Part shown: positions 17,439 through 26,910 of the stretch, one piece after another
Position numbering within the stretch: the stretch's first letter is position 1
How the letters are laid out: each line of letters starts with the position of its first letter
Virus genome (UHGV): UHGV-1462514
From: a virus
Length of the DNA stretch: 33,614 nt
Strand: one strand, 5' to 3'
Translations under genes and position numbers: made by a program
The notes under the pieces: model-generated
Seen by the model: the letters and a program-made list of their open reading frames with translations, nothing else
Databases searched by the model: none
Told to the model about the DNA's origin: nothing

Positions 17439-18050
17439 TTATTCACCTAATCTTTCTTGAATTTTTTGTACAATGCTTTTTCCACCTGCTGCATTGCCTG
17501 CAGGATTTCCACCAGCCAATATTTGAGGCGTTGGCGGAGTTTGGGTTGGATCTTTTGCTTCTTGAAACAAGAATGATTTATTTTCTTGAAGTCCCTTTAA
17601 TTGTTCTTCAAAGCCTTGTAACTTACCGTCAACAACTTTAATAGTGTCTTTATCTAAAAGGCCAAGAACAATCGTTTCATCAAGCGCATTCGCTTCTTTT
17701 AAAGCCAACTGAATGGCAAAGTCTTTTTGTTGTTCGGCTAATTGGTTTTCAGAATTGGTTTTCGCCTCATCGAACTTCGCTTGTAAATCGGCCAGATTTT
17801 GAGATAATTCTTCATTGCCTTGTGCCGACTCTTTTAAAGCCGTCAATTCTTCTTGATTCGCTTTTAGTTCTTGTTTAGCGCTGTCACGTTCACTTTCTGC
17901 GGTAGCTACTTGCGCATTCAGTTGTGTAACTGTCTTTCCGTGTAACGCCATAATTGACTTTGCGGTTTCTTCCTCAATGCCTAATGCGATTAAATCCTCT
18001 TTTTTCATAAATCTGTTCCTCCTAAGTGTTTTTTGAGTGGCAACTCCCAC
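17439..18050 (-). CDS. Scaffolding protein (coiled-coil, Ala/Gln/Glu-rich)
   Basis: Composition and position immediately upstream of the major capsid gene. Confidence 0.7.
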   Translation of the reverse strand: MGVATQKTLRRNRFMKKEDLIALGIEEETAKSIMALHGKTVTQLNAQVATAESERDSAKQELKANQEELTALKESAQGNEELSQNLADLQAKFDEAKTNSENQLAEQQKDFAIQLALKEANALDETIVLGLLDKDTIKVVDGKLQGFEEQLKGLQENKSFLFQEAKDPTQTPPTPQILAGGNPAGNAAGGKSIVQKIQERLGE

Positions 18051-18113
18051 TGTGAGCCGTCTTTTTGAGACTTCCGAGCAGGTCTAGGTATAAAATAAAA
18101 AGCCTAACTTTTG

Positions 18114-18446
18114 CTAGACTTTAATTGCCTTGTTTTCCCATTTTTTATATGCATCAAAATAAATCTCTTGCTTGTCGCCGTTTAGTGTTAATTCATAATA
18201 CATACCATCAAGCAAAGTAGTACTTAATAGCGCTTTGTTATTTTGCAACGTTTTGCAACTCCAAACCACAAAGACATCTTTTTCGGTAATTTCTTTTTGA
18301 TCTGATTTATCCAAGTGTTTGTTTGCATAATTTGAAACAATTTCTTTACATTTATCAATAAACTTTTGTGAATCCATCTTTTTGCCCTCTTTTCTTAAAT
18401 ATTCTTCATAATCAGCATCTAAGTAATCGTAAGGATCGTCATTCAT
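18114..18446 (-). CDS. Hypothetical protein (110 aa) between the minor head protein and scaffold
   Basis: ORF only. Confidence 0.45.
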   Translation of the reverse strand: MNDDPYDYLDADYEEYLRKEGKKMDSQKFIDKCKEIVSNYANKHLDKSDQKEITEKDVFVVWSCKTLQNNKALLSTTLLDGMYYELTLNGDKQEIYFDAYKKWENKAIKV

Positions 18447-18460
18447 AAAATAACCCCTCT

Positions 18461-19618
18461 CTAAAAATCATCATAGCGAAAATCTTTTAGAAGCGTATTT
18501 ACCGGGGTGTAAACTTTTTCACGGGCATAATTTCTGCCTAAATACTCATTAGAATCTACTAGTTCTCGTAGTTTCGCTTGGTTTGCTCTTACTTTCTGTA
18601 GCCATTGCTTGGCGTTGTCAGTCTGTCCTAATGCTTCAGAAACCATTTGATTCTTTTTGAACTTAACTATTTGGCGCTCTAACTGCCGTTGACGTTTCGT
18701 CAATTCAGCGACTTTTTCATTTTCTTTTGCATCAACTTTCGGTTGATTATTCGTGTTAACGCCAGGAATAAAAGGGATGTGTAAATGATTGCAGTTTACT
18801 CCCCGATGGCCTCCAGCGGTTCCATATTCAGCTTGCCAATAAGGATCGTAGATACTTTTATATTTGCTGCTACTTGGAACTATCCTACGTAAATCAACCA
18901 CATGACCTTGAATCTTTGAACAAGCTTTTCTAGCCCCCATATGGCTAGTAACAAGCACCGTATGAACGCCATATTCACTCATACGGTCTGTTCGCAACTG
19001 GTTAAAGGTATTTCCTAGTGTTGACTTTAAAACAGTTCTAATGTATCTTTCCAAGCTCCATGTATGACCACCTTTATCAATAAAAGTGGACTTAATCCCT
19101 TTTTGCGCCCATTCTTGCAACGTACGTTCTAACGCTTCCTCAAACGTAAATAAGCCGCTGTTAAATGCAGCGACTGTCTTATTAATGATTTCATTGTACA
19201 TTTGAGTGGTAACTGTTCCATAACCAAAGTTAGTGGATAACAACGTTTGATTTACATAGTTGTTAATATCAGACCAAACTTGGTCATGATAGGCTCTCAT
19301 GATATTGTCTAAATCTGTTGGCATAGGCTTTGGGTCATACGGCAATTCTTTATCCAAGTCTTTTACAATCTTTTGCCCGGTGCTTTCAAACATTCGTTCT
19401 ATTTCAGATTCAGCAATTCCCGTTACTTGAGAAATGATTTTTGCTGTTTCTTTGTTAAATAAATGCAGTTCTTGTAACTTTTCTCTTTGCCAATCTAATA
19501 TATCACCGTTGCCATTTTTTAAACGCTTAGCAATGATTCGTATTAATTCACCCTCTAATGATTGATAGAGGTGTGACATGTTAGAGGACCATAAATCTAA
19601 TTGATGAGGTGTAATCAT
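18461..19618 (-). CDS. Minor head / head morphogenesis protein (Mu F-like, SPP1 gp7 family)
   Basis: 385 aa immediately after the portal, stop-start overlap; Cys/His patch ...GGHRGVNCNHLH... Confidence 0.7.
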   Translation of the reverse strand: MITPHQLDLWSSNMSHLYQSLEGELIRIIAKRLKNGNGDILDWQREKLQELHLFNKETAKIISQVTGIAESEIERMFESTGQKIVKDLDKELPYDPKPMPTDLDNIMRAYHDQVWSDINNYVNQTLLSTNFGYGTVTTQMYNEIINKTVAAFNSGLFTFEEALERTLQEWAQKGIKSTFIDKGGHTWSLERYIRTVLKSTLGNTFNQLRTDRMSEYGVHTVLVTSHMGARKACSKIQGHVVDLRRIVPSSSKYKSIYDPYWQAEYGTAGGHRGVNCNHLHIPFIPGVNTNNQPKVDAKENEKVAELTKRQRQLERQIVKFKKNQMVSEALGQTDNAKQWLQKVRANQAKLRELVDSNEYLGRNYAREKVYTPVNTLLKDFRYDDF

Positions 19619-21117
19619 TATTCCTCATCTCCTAGTTCATTTTCCGCCGATATTCTTTCTTGTTCTGGATAGTCCATTTCTAACGTTTCTGCTCTAATCT
19701 CGTAAACTATTTTTTTGGCCTCTTTTTCAGTCACACCAGTTAATTTCTGAATAGCGCTTAGTTTTGATGAAAGACCAGCTGTAACTAATTTAGAGTAATA
19801 ATCAGCTTTGGCATCTTGAGATTGAAAAACACCGTCATCAAAATCTATATTAATGCCTAGTTCTTTTGAATATTTGAATAGATTAAATGCTGCGGCCAAT
19901 TCGAATATAGTTGTAATTAATTCTTTTAATGCTTCTTCCACAATTAAGACATTATCTGAACGGGTAGAAAAAGTCTCAGAATTTTCGCTGATGATTTCCG
20001 TAGCTGTTTTGACTGATTGTCCATCAAAGCTAAATGTTCCACTTGAAAAACCGGTTTGTAATTCAACAATGCGTAAAATAAAATTAATTGTCTCAATAAA
20101 TTCCTGTGACCGTAACGTAGGAACAAATTCACTAATAAAAGGCTCGTCTGATTTCAACCGTTGATATACAGATGTCTTACTGTCAAATCGTTTTATAGGA
20201 TTCCCTTTTTCATCATATCTAACTTTGAAGAAATGATCTGAAGCTAATATTTTTCTTCTCGCTTCTTCAACTTCATTCATAAATTCATCGTATTTTTCGT
20301 TAATATCAATCAATTGGCGCTTCGCATTGTCTATAATACCTAAACTCAATGGACTATCAATATCTATATTGTTTTTTCCAGCAAGTTTAATATAGACAAA
20401 TAATGGTCGAGTAAATCCGACTAAAGCAGACTCTTCTTTTAGTTCCTTGTACTTGTCTAATGTCGGTAATGGTACCCTAACACCTGTTTGAGATTGTTCT
20501 TCTGAACGATACAATTCGTTTCTGATATAGTAAGTGTTATTTTCCCACTCATGAAATTCTAAAAGTGTGTAATAAACATTTTTCTTACCTTCAGTTTGTT
20601 GTGTAATCGTAGCAATAGCTGCTTCTGATATGTCATTAGTGTTGGACTGTAAAGGGTAAAAAGTATCAGCTCGGCAAAAGGATATTTTTATTTTGTTTGT
20701 CTTTGTGTCTACGTAGGGACGTAGGACAAGCCCTCCTATTGCATATCCTGCTTCCAGCTCTTCACCAAAGTTCTTACGAAACTTATTATCGTTAAAAACT
20801 GATTGTAAAAACTGGTCCGCTTCATCATCATCAATGCTTATCGCACACCCGTCATTAAAGACTAGCTTAGCTAATTTGTGAGAAACTACTTTTGATACAT
20901 TTAATGAATGAAAAGCCCTGTGCATACGCATACCATCACTATTAACGTAGCTCACATCAGGAAACTTATTTTTATATATGCGTTTGTTGTCCATTATTCT
21001 ATCGATTTCAGCAGTATTTACTCCGATTTTTGGATGATCTGTAATTCTATTAAGTGTTTCTACCATACCTATTTTTGCACCTCCAATCCTGAACATCGCT
21101 TTTAATTTGTCAAACAT
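19618..21117 (-). CDS. Portal protein (SPP1 gp6-like)
   Basis: 499 aa directly after TerL. Confidence 0.85.
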   Translation of the reverse strand: MFDKLKAMFRIGGAKIGMVETLNRITDHPKIGVNTAEIDRIMDNKRIYKNKFPDVSYVNSDGMRMHRAFHSLNVSKVVSHKLAKLVFNDGCAISIDDDEADQFLQSVFNDNKFRKNFGEELEAGYAIGGLVLRPYVDTKTNKIKISFCRADTFYPLQSNTNDISEAAIATITQQTEGKKNVYYTLLEFHEWENNTYYIRNELYRSEEQSQTGVRVPLPTLDKYKELKEESALVGFTRPLFVYIKLAGKNNIDIDSPLSLGIIDNAKRQLIDINEKYDEFMNEVEEARRKILASDHFFKVRYDEKGNPIKRFDSKTSVYQRLKSDEPFISEFVPTLRSQEFIETINFILRIVELQTGFSSGTFSFDGQSVKTATEIISENSETFSTRSDNVLIVEEALKELITTIFELAAAFNLFKYSKELGINIDFDDGVFQSQDAKADYYSKLVTAGLSSKLSAIQKLTGVTEKEAKKIVYEIRAETLEMDYPEQERISAENELGDEE

Positions 21118-21132
21118 GTAAACACCTCTTTT

Positions 21133-22422
21133 CTAGGCGATATAGGTTTTATAAAAGTAATTATTACCATACCTTGCTTCATCAAGTGCATGATTATATT
21201 TATCTACGGGCAATCCATTATCATTTCTCACATACATAGAGATTTCTTTTTCAAAATTATAGTGGTCAAATTCTTCTCCACATTCTAAAACTATAAATTG
21301 GCCACTTATCATGGTGTTTTGTAGTCGTTCTATTCCAACCTCTATCTTTAAACCATTACTTGAAACTTTATCGGAGCTATTGTTATCAGCTTTATCTGTA
21401 ATAATCCCTATTAAGTCAAGCTCAGAACGTAACGTTTTACAGGCAGGATCGACAAAGAAATAGTTCCAGTGTGGCAAGTGATTCCATTTTGTATAACACC
21501 ACTCAACAAATTGTTTAATCTCTTTTGCATAAATTGACATCGCTTTTGTTTCTCCCGTATCCGTTCCGCTATGATAGTAGTTTGCTAAACGATACAGATA
21601 AAATTTCCCAGCATAGAAGGTGACAACCCAAAATGCACAGGTAGTTGCATCAGCTTGGCCACCATCAGCAGTAAAAAACGTTTCAATGATGTTTCCTTTT
21701 ATTTCGGTTGCCTTGTTGTTCTTACCGAACATCGAGTAAATAACACCTTGTGGTAGCACTCTATGACCATACCAGTCACGTTCTAAAAGATATTCGCTAC
21801 TTGATAACTCATCGTATAACTGCTGCTTTCTTGATTCACTTAAGATTGGATTATCATCTGGTGTCCAATGACGAAATAAAAAACGTCCTGATTTCTCAAA
21901 ACGTTCTAACAATTCTAAATTAGGGTGATTCGGTGCTGGCGGATTCTGTTCGCCTAAATGATAGCGCCATTCTGCAGCAAAAGTACGTCTAAAGCACTCA
22001 TTAATGAAATCTTTATGCAGCAAGTTAAATTCTAAGAAAGTAACTGAGCCTAACGACATACCCGTAATAGCACCAACCGAATTGATTTTGCCGCCGCCTT
22101 TGTAATAAATCTTTTTTTCTCCGTTAGGTGCATATAAAAGCAAATGGTCCCCATGCTCATCATGTCGAATATCTGAAACACCATCAAAGATATGCATTAA
22201 GCCTAAACCGTCACCGTCCATAAACATTCGGAAAGCTTGTTCTTGATTATAAGCAGTCACAAGATGGTTCTGGTCTGGTGAGCGTAAATAGAAGTCTGCC
22301 ATTTTAAATATATCACTGGTGGTTTTTCCGCTACGAGGAGTACCTTCGTTTAATTCAAAGGTCACTTTGCTTGTGTTGAAATTAATATTCGCTGCTTGCT
22401 TATCACTAAAATTAATTGTCAT
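21133..22422 (-). CDS. terL: Terminase large subunit (PBSX/terminase_3-type)
   Basis: Walker A-like GTPRSGKTT near the N-terminus; C-terminal nuclease-like region; overlaps TerS. Confidence 0.85.
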   Translation of the reverse strand: MTINFSDKQAANINFNTSKVTFELNEGTPRSGKTTSDIFKMADFYLRSPDQNHLVTAYNQEQAFRMFMDGDGLGLMHIFDGVSDIRHDEHGDHLLLYAPNGEKKIYYKGGGKINSVGAITGMSLGSVTFLEFNLLHKDFINECFRRTFAAEWRYHLGEQNPPAPNHPNLELLERFEKSGRFLFRHWTPDDNPILSESRKQQLYDELSSSEYLLERDWYGHRVLPQGVIYSMFGKNNKATEIKGNIIETFFTADGGQADATTCAFWVVTFYAGKFYLYRLANYYHSGTDTGETKAMSIYAKEIKQFVEWCYTKWNHLPHWNYFFVDPACKTLRSELDLIGIITDKADNNSSDKVSSNGLKIEVGIERLQNTMISGQFIVLECGEEFDHYNFEKEISMYVRNDNGLPVDKYNHALDEARYGNNYFYKTYIA

Positions 22423-23257
22423 TGTTCACACCTCGTGATTTAACGTTGAGCAAAGCTTCTAACAATTCGTTCGCTTTGCCTCCAGCAGTTAACTTATCGG
22501 CCTGATTCGTAAGTATTTTCGCTTCTGCTTGAGCTTTTTCAGTTTGCGCTTGTTTTAATTCATCAGTAGCAATATACTTCATCAACTCACTCATAGCCTT
22601 TTGCTTATCGTAAAGCTTAACTGATACACCGTCTTTACCTTTTTTAACTTCCTGAATCAATGTACCGTCAACCTCGTTCGAATCTTTAAGAGAGACATTT
22701 GAAACTTTGTATGTTTTTACTTCGCCTGTTTCTTCGTCTATAACCTCTTCACCATTAATATCTTTAAACGGATATTCATCATAACCAAATTCTGTAAAAT
22801 CGGTAATATCGGCAAATGCTTGCTTAACATACTCTTGTATCAAGTCTTTAATATCCACAAACACATCTTGTTGCAACTCTGCTTTTAAACGGTGCAACTC
22901 TTTTTTTATGCTATCTTTTGCTATCAACCTAATGCTATTGGCTCTAGCTGAATTATAGTCACATCCGTATGCTTGTTGATATGCCTTAGTGGCGTTAAAA
23001 TGCTGTAAATAAAATAAACAGAACATTTTCTGTTGCTCTGTTAAAGCATCATTCTCTATAACGGGTTGCGACTCTTTTTTGTATGCAACCTTTTTCTTTT
23101 TGGTTGCAACCTCTTTAGGAGGCGCGTTCCATTTGCGAGATTTCCAAGACTTCACGGTGTTAATAGATACATCGTATTTATCTGCTATATCTTTATACTT
23201 CATACCATTTTTATAATCCTCATATGCTAAGTCCCATTTCTGCACATCCAACGCCAC
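22412..23257 (-). CDS. terS: Terminase small subunit with N-terminal HTH; start ambiguous (GTG 23257 versus TTG 23251 versus GTG 23245) because AGGAGG abuts the first candidate
   Basis: ...YKDIADKYDVSINTVKSWKSRKW... HTH; position upstream of and overlapping terL. Confidence 0.6.
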   Translation of the reverse strand: MALDVQKWDLAYEDYKNGMKYKDIADKYDVSINTVKSWKSRKWNAPPKEVATKKKKVAYKKESQPVIENDALTEQQKMFCLFYLQHFNATKAYQQAYGCDYNSARANSIRLIAKDSIKKELHRLKAELQQDVFVDIKDLIQEYVKQAFADITDFTEFGYDEYPFKDINGEEVIDEETGEVKTYKVSNVSLKDSNEVDGTLIQEVKKGKDGVSVKLYDKQKAMSELMKYIATDELKQAQTEKAQAEAKILTNQADKLTAGGKANELLEALLNVKSRGVNNDN

Positions 23258-23397
23258 CTCCTAATTAATTTTATGTAAATGTGCGACAGATACATTAATA
23301 CCTGTTATACTCTTTATATGGTAGTACTCCTTTTTTAAAAGCTTAAGTTCAGAGATTACAATCTATCTTAATTTTGACACTAACGCTACCTAGCCAC

Positions 23398-23450
23398 TAG
23401 ACCCATAATCTAGTGGTTTTTTTACGTACAAAAAAAGACCACTCATTTTT
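23398..23450. terminator. Back-to-back intrinsic terminators (one per strand) inside the ORF-free leader upstream of terS
   Basis: + strand CCACTAG-ACCCATAAT-CTAGTGG followed by TTTTTTT; - strand GACTACTC-AATAAAAAT-GAGTGGTC followed by TTTTTTTG. Confidence 0.45.
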
Positions 23451-23633
23451 ATTGAGTAGTCTAAAGATTTATATTAGACTGCCTAGCCAATCTAACACTT
23501 ATTTAACAATACTAGGTTGCTAGCCACTTTATCCTGTTTCCGCAGGCTGGCTAATTCTGAAAGGAGGTGAACCGATCGTTAAAGTAAGAAACATTTATTG
23601 ACGATTTTTTTATTTAAGTAGCTATGCTACCTA

Positions 23634-23706
23634 TTGGCGTGACAGGATTCGAACCCGCATCTTATCTCACACGAAGTAAGTTGCATTACCACAATGCTAC
23701 ACGCCA
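23634..23706 (-). ncRNA. tRNA-like element or tRNA pseudogene (73 nt): canonical acceptor, D and T arms but a 4-bp anticodon stem with a 12-nt loop
   Basis: Acceptor TGGCGTG/CACGCCA (7 bp) with discriminator A; D arm GCAT-TGTGGTA-ATGC; T arm GCGGG-TTCGAAT-CCTGT; anticodon region CTTA-CTTCGTGTGAGA-TAAG. Confidence 0.35.
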
Positions 23707-24266
23707 AACCAGAAGGAGCGACCTTCTAGCAATTGCTAATAAATCAAATTAACCTTTACACACTCTCGTCAGAATGTTTTCCCTTCAGGACGTAGCTTTC
23801 GCAGACTTTCACGGCTAAAATGATTATGTCACTGGCAAGGATTTGCACCTTGTATGGTCTATATTCCACCACAGTGACCAATCAATCAAACACCAGCAAA
23901 AACAATTGATTAAGTTTATCCTAAACGTACCTAGCTGCTACTCTATGAGTTTAGGAATTGCTCTCGTGCGTAAGCAGCTGCCGCAGAGATCTGGTTAATG
24001 TTCTTATCGTCATATGCTGGGATAGAGCAATATACCTAACCTCGACTAGTATGAATCAGGTAGTTACTACTGCATTCCTAGCAACTATTTGTGTCACTTG
24101 CAAACCTGTAGAAAAAAGAGGAGGTTATTCACCTCACTTCATTTTATTGAGAACGTAAGTCTGCAAGTGACCATCGAAAGTCAAATCAAACGGTGACTAA
24201 ACCAGAAAGCGTTGTGTAATGTGTCCATTTCTTTGACTTTCGATATTACTATATTAGCACTCAAAT

Positions 24267-24304
24267 TCGTATAAAAACCGCCAACTTTCCGCCAAAAAAC
24301 CGCC
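24267..24304. repeat. Three direct repeats of CCGCCAA (TTGGCGG on the - strand) spaced 12-13 bp apart, immediately downstream of the arpU stop and upstream of a TAATAT -10-like hexamer on the - strand. This is a candidate late-activator binding array or late promoter.
   Basis: Read directly. Confidence 0.35.
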
Positions 24305-24308
24305 AAAA

Positions 24309-24725
24309 TTATTTATATGCAATTATTTTGCCGTTTCGGTAAGCTTCCGCGAATTCAATCAAAGCTTCTGATTTCATTCTTTGAATACTTCTTTCGGAAT
24401 AGCCAACTTCTCTAGCAATCTTGTAATTAGAGTAATGGTCCTGCACACAGAAACTATAATGCAAAATTTGTCTGCTAGTTAGGCTTAATGCCATAAGCCC
24501 AGATAATATTGCATCTCTTTCTGCTTCTGCATCTGCTAATTGTACTAGCGCATCTTCTGCTTTGTTCCCATGACTTTGGCTTTTAGGCATATCTGTAATA
24601 ATTGGTGATTTTAAATCTATCAAAGAGCGCCCAGCTATTCGCTCTAAACGTCTAAAATTCTTCAACACATTTCTGGCATTCGCTTTTGTTTGTCGAAAAT
24701 CTACTTCTTTTAGCAATTGAATCAA
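24309..24725 (-). CDS. ArpU-family phage transcriptional regulator (late-gene activator, sigma-70 region-4-like)
   Basis: 138 aa; TTG start with RBS AAGGAG; ...SERSIQRMKSEALIEFAEAY... C-terminal HTH; position immediately before the packaging module. Confidence 0.75.
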   Translation of the reverse strand: MIQLLKEVDFRQTKANARNVLKNFRRLERIAGRSLIDLKSPIITDMPKSQSHGNKAEDALVQLADAEAERDAILSGLMALSLTSRQILHYSFCVQDHYSNYKIAREVGYSERSIQRMKSEALIEFAEAYRNGKIIAYK

Positions 24726-24881
24726 GTGGAATCGCTCCTTTTGTGGTATAATAACTATGTCGAAAATATTACTTACAGCCGGAGCAATCTGGCTTTTTTT
24801 ATTTTCTACTAAATAAACTTTTTACAATACGTACTATGAGATAGTATTTTCAAATACATTTACTCATGATATAATCATATT

Positions 24882-25074
24882 AACTTTCTTGGGGATTTTA
24901 TTTCTGAAATAAATTTCTCCTTTTCTATGATAACTGGCGGAAAACAGTTATCGATAGTTCCTGTCTCCACCAGAGACACAATGTCAACCTTATTTGTTGG
25001 CACTATTAGCACTTTACTTGGGAAAAGTGCTAACTACCACATTAGTCAGCCATTGGTCGGCTGGCTTTTTGTTT
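24882..25074 (+). ncRNA. Candidate small antisense RNA: extended -10 promoter TG-n-TATAAT (24867-24875), 9-bp inverted repeat TTAGCACTT/AAGTGCTAA, intrinsic terminator CAGCC-ATTGGTC-GGCTG followed by a T run (25047-25074)
   Basis: Promoter, hairpins and terminator all face the + strand, antisense to the - strand operon, inside a 420-nt gap between arpU and the small - strand ORFs; the overlapping 63-aa + ORF is probably not coding. Confidence 0.25.
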
Positions 25075-25147
25075 GCAAAAAATCAGCTAGTTATTGTAAA
25101 AAAGTTGCAATAAGTTAAAACTCCAATGTAATTGGCCTCCCGTATTT

Positions 25148-25318
25148 TTAAATTTTCCATTCGCCATCTTTCATATTGGTTTTATTCATATAATTTCTTT
25201 CATCACGAGCAATTGTATAATCGAAAAATAAATCAGCTTGCTCTGATCCATGCAGGTACTCAACATAAACGCCGTCTACTTGACGTTCCAGTATATATAA
25301 TTCTGGATAACTTAGCAT
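25148..25318 (-). CDS. Small hypothetical protein (56 aa)
   Basis: RBS GGAGGA 7 nt before ATG; start overlaps the upstream ORF stop (TAATG). Confidence 0.4.
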   Translation of the reverse strand: MLSYPELYILERQVDGVYVEYLHGSEQADLFFDYTIARDERNYMNKTNMKDGEWKI

Positions 25319-25479
25319 TACTTATCCTCCACTTCAATTAAATCCCTTTTCATAAACCAAAATACTTCACCGTTACCAAACTTGATTAATAAAGCTAATA
25401 TTTCACCATCTACTTTGTCGATACACTCACCTATTTGTCCTTTCGGAACAATGCTGCTATATCTAGTTTTATATTTCAA
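25318..25479 (-). CDS. Small hypothetical protein (53 aa, TTG start)
   Basis: RBS CAGGAGGA 8 nt before TTG. Confidence 0.35.
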   Translation of the reverse strand: MKYKTRYSSIVPKGQIGECIDKVDGEILALLIKFGNGEVFWFMKRDLIEVEDK

Positions 25480-25740
25480 TTATTCGTCCTCCTGTATAAA
25501 TAATTCTCCTAACTCTCTAGAGGCTTTTTTAGCTTTTTTAATCACAGCGTTGGCGCTAGAATACATCTCTAAATGGCTGTTAGTAACTTTAAACAACTGC
25601 AAGCCTAGATGGTGAATCAAACTTATAAGCTCATCTAAGTTTTCACCGCGCTCTTCATCTACTCTTGAATCAGCTATAGGATTAACTGGTCCTACTAATT
25701 GATCAACTATTTCATTCAGTGTGTATTTTTTATCTTCCAT
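25480..25740 (-). CDS. Hypothetical early protein (86 aa)
   Basis: ORF. Confidence 0.45.
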   Translation of the reverse strand: MEDKKYTLNEIVDQLVGPVNPIADSRVDEERGENLDELISLIHHLGLQLFKVTNSHLEMYSSANAVIKKAKKASRELGELFIQEDE

Positions 25741-25885
25741 TTTTCTTCCTCCTATTTAATTCTTCCGCATTTTTTACATTCATAGTAAGAGGGCATACCA
25801 TAGCTTTTAGGAAAAACTGTTTTGTAATCATGTAGACAAAAACATTGTTTCCACACTCTTATTAACAATAAAATAGAATCTCCTA

Positions 25886-26230
25886 TCATTCCGCTTCCTC
25901 CTGTTCCAAAGTCCACTGGCTAAACGCTTCTAAGACTTGTGCTTGTTGCTTTGGATTCAAACTACAATAAGATATATCTACGCTCCTAAGTTCTTTTGAG
26001 CCTATCCTTGTCTGCCATTCTCCAAGGAGAAAGACAGCGCACATTGGACTTGCGTTATCTTTTTCAACATTTGCTTTCAACCAATCAAGCACAATCTGCT
26101 GATTTGGATTGAGTTCTGGTTCATCAGATAAATCATATATCTGTTTTCCGTAAGAAAATTGTTTGGCTGGTTCCATATATTCATGCACTAGATCAAATGC
26201 CAAATCATTTATTTTGCTTAATCTACTCAT
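25886..26230 (-). CDS. Hypothetical early protein (114 aa)
   Basis: ORF; overlaps the upstream gene by 4 nt. Confidence 0.45.
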   Translation of the reverse strand: MSRLSKINDLAFDLVHEYMEPAKQFSYGKQIYDLSDEPELNPNQQIVLDWLKANVEKDNASPMCAVFLLGEWQTRIGSKELRSVDISYCSLNPKQQAQVLEAFSQWTLEQEEAE

Positions 26231-26412
26231 TTTGTTCCCTCCTTAACTCTAAATGAACGCCCTTCAGCAGAGAACTCATGCGGACTACCAAATTCATCTA
26301 CTATAACAAACGAATTTTCTAGATAATCAATTGAATCTACTTCAAACCACACAGGATAGCCAACGGACATATCATGCATCCATACTTCTATTTTTGGAAT
26401 CATCTTCTTCAC
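26227..26412 (-). CDS. Hypothetical early protein (61 aa)
   Basis: ORF. Confidence 0.4.
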   Translation of the reverse strand: MKKMIPKIEVWMHDMSVGYPVWFEVDSIDYLENSFVIVDEFGSPHEFSAEGRSFRVKEGTK

Positions 26413-26523
26413 TCACTTTCTAATCGGATAATAAATTTATTACAAAAATGTTAGTTATTTCGATTAACTTATTAGTTTGATTCATGTAAATTAAATATAT
26501 TAAATACTTTAGGAGGTTTTCAC

Positions 26524-26910
26524 ATGAAAAAAATCATAAGCTTAATTTTTGTTGCGTTACTTATATTTATTGGATGGAAAGGTTGGGATTACTATCAATC
26601 TACTTACGTAGGAGAAGACTATTATGCTAAAATACAGGCTCCTCTACCTGAACAAACTGACTTAAAAGATGACAGTGGTAAATTTTTCGGGAAAGGTTAT
26701 AAATATAAAGTAGTTGGATTTAACACTAAAGGTAACAGTCGTAATTTTGATTTTGAAGTTGTAACGTCTGGGGATTATGCTGATGGATCAAAATTAGATG
26801 AAGGAACTATTCTACTTTTAAATGCAAGTGAAAAAAGAATTATAAAACGGCAAATCATCAGTGATGACAAAGTCCCTTCTACCCTGAAATCTAAACTTAA
26901 CATTCCTTAA
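26524..26910 (+). CDS. YxeA-family (DUF1093) small secreted or membrane-anchored protein: a moron on the opposite strand with its own promoter and terminator
   Basis: RBS AGGAGG; N-terminal TM/signal segment IISLIFVALLIFIGW; sigma-A-like promoter upstream (TTGATT...TATATTAAAT); terminator downstream. Confidence 0.65.
   Translation: MKKIISLIFVALLIFIGWKGWDYYQSTYVGEDYYAKIQAPLPEQTDLKDDSGKFFGKGYKYKVVGFNTKGNSRNFDFEVVTSGDYADGSKLDEGTILLLNASEKRIIKRQIISDDKVPSTLKSKLNIP

Noticed and set aside
23634-23706. Amber-suppressor tRNA to explain the in-frame TAG in Tal
   Set aside because: The loop of the tRNA-like element contains no CUA and its anticodon arm is non-canonical. The bona fide tRNA at 3866..3939 has anticodon CAT.
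23756-23800. CUGACGAG motif (hammerhead-like CUGANGA) on the - strand
   Set aside because: No matching GAAA plus stem III and cleavage-site arrangement could be assembled; likely chance.
23958-24158. 66-aa + strand ORF in the terS leader
   Set aside because: No RBS, Cys-rich nonsense-like composition, and embedded in a region better explained by RNA structure or regulatory repeats.
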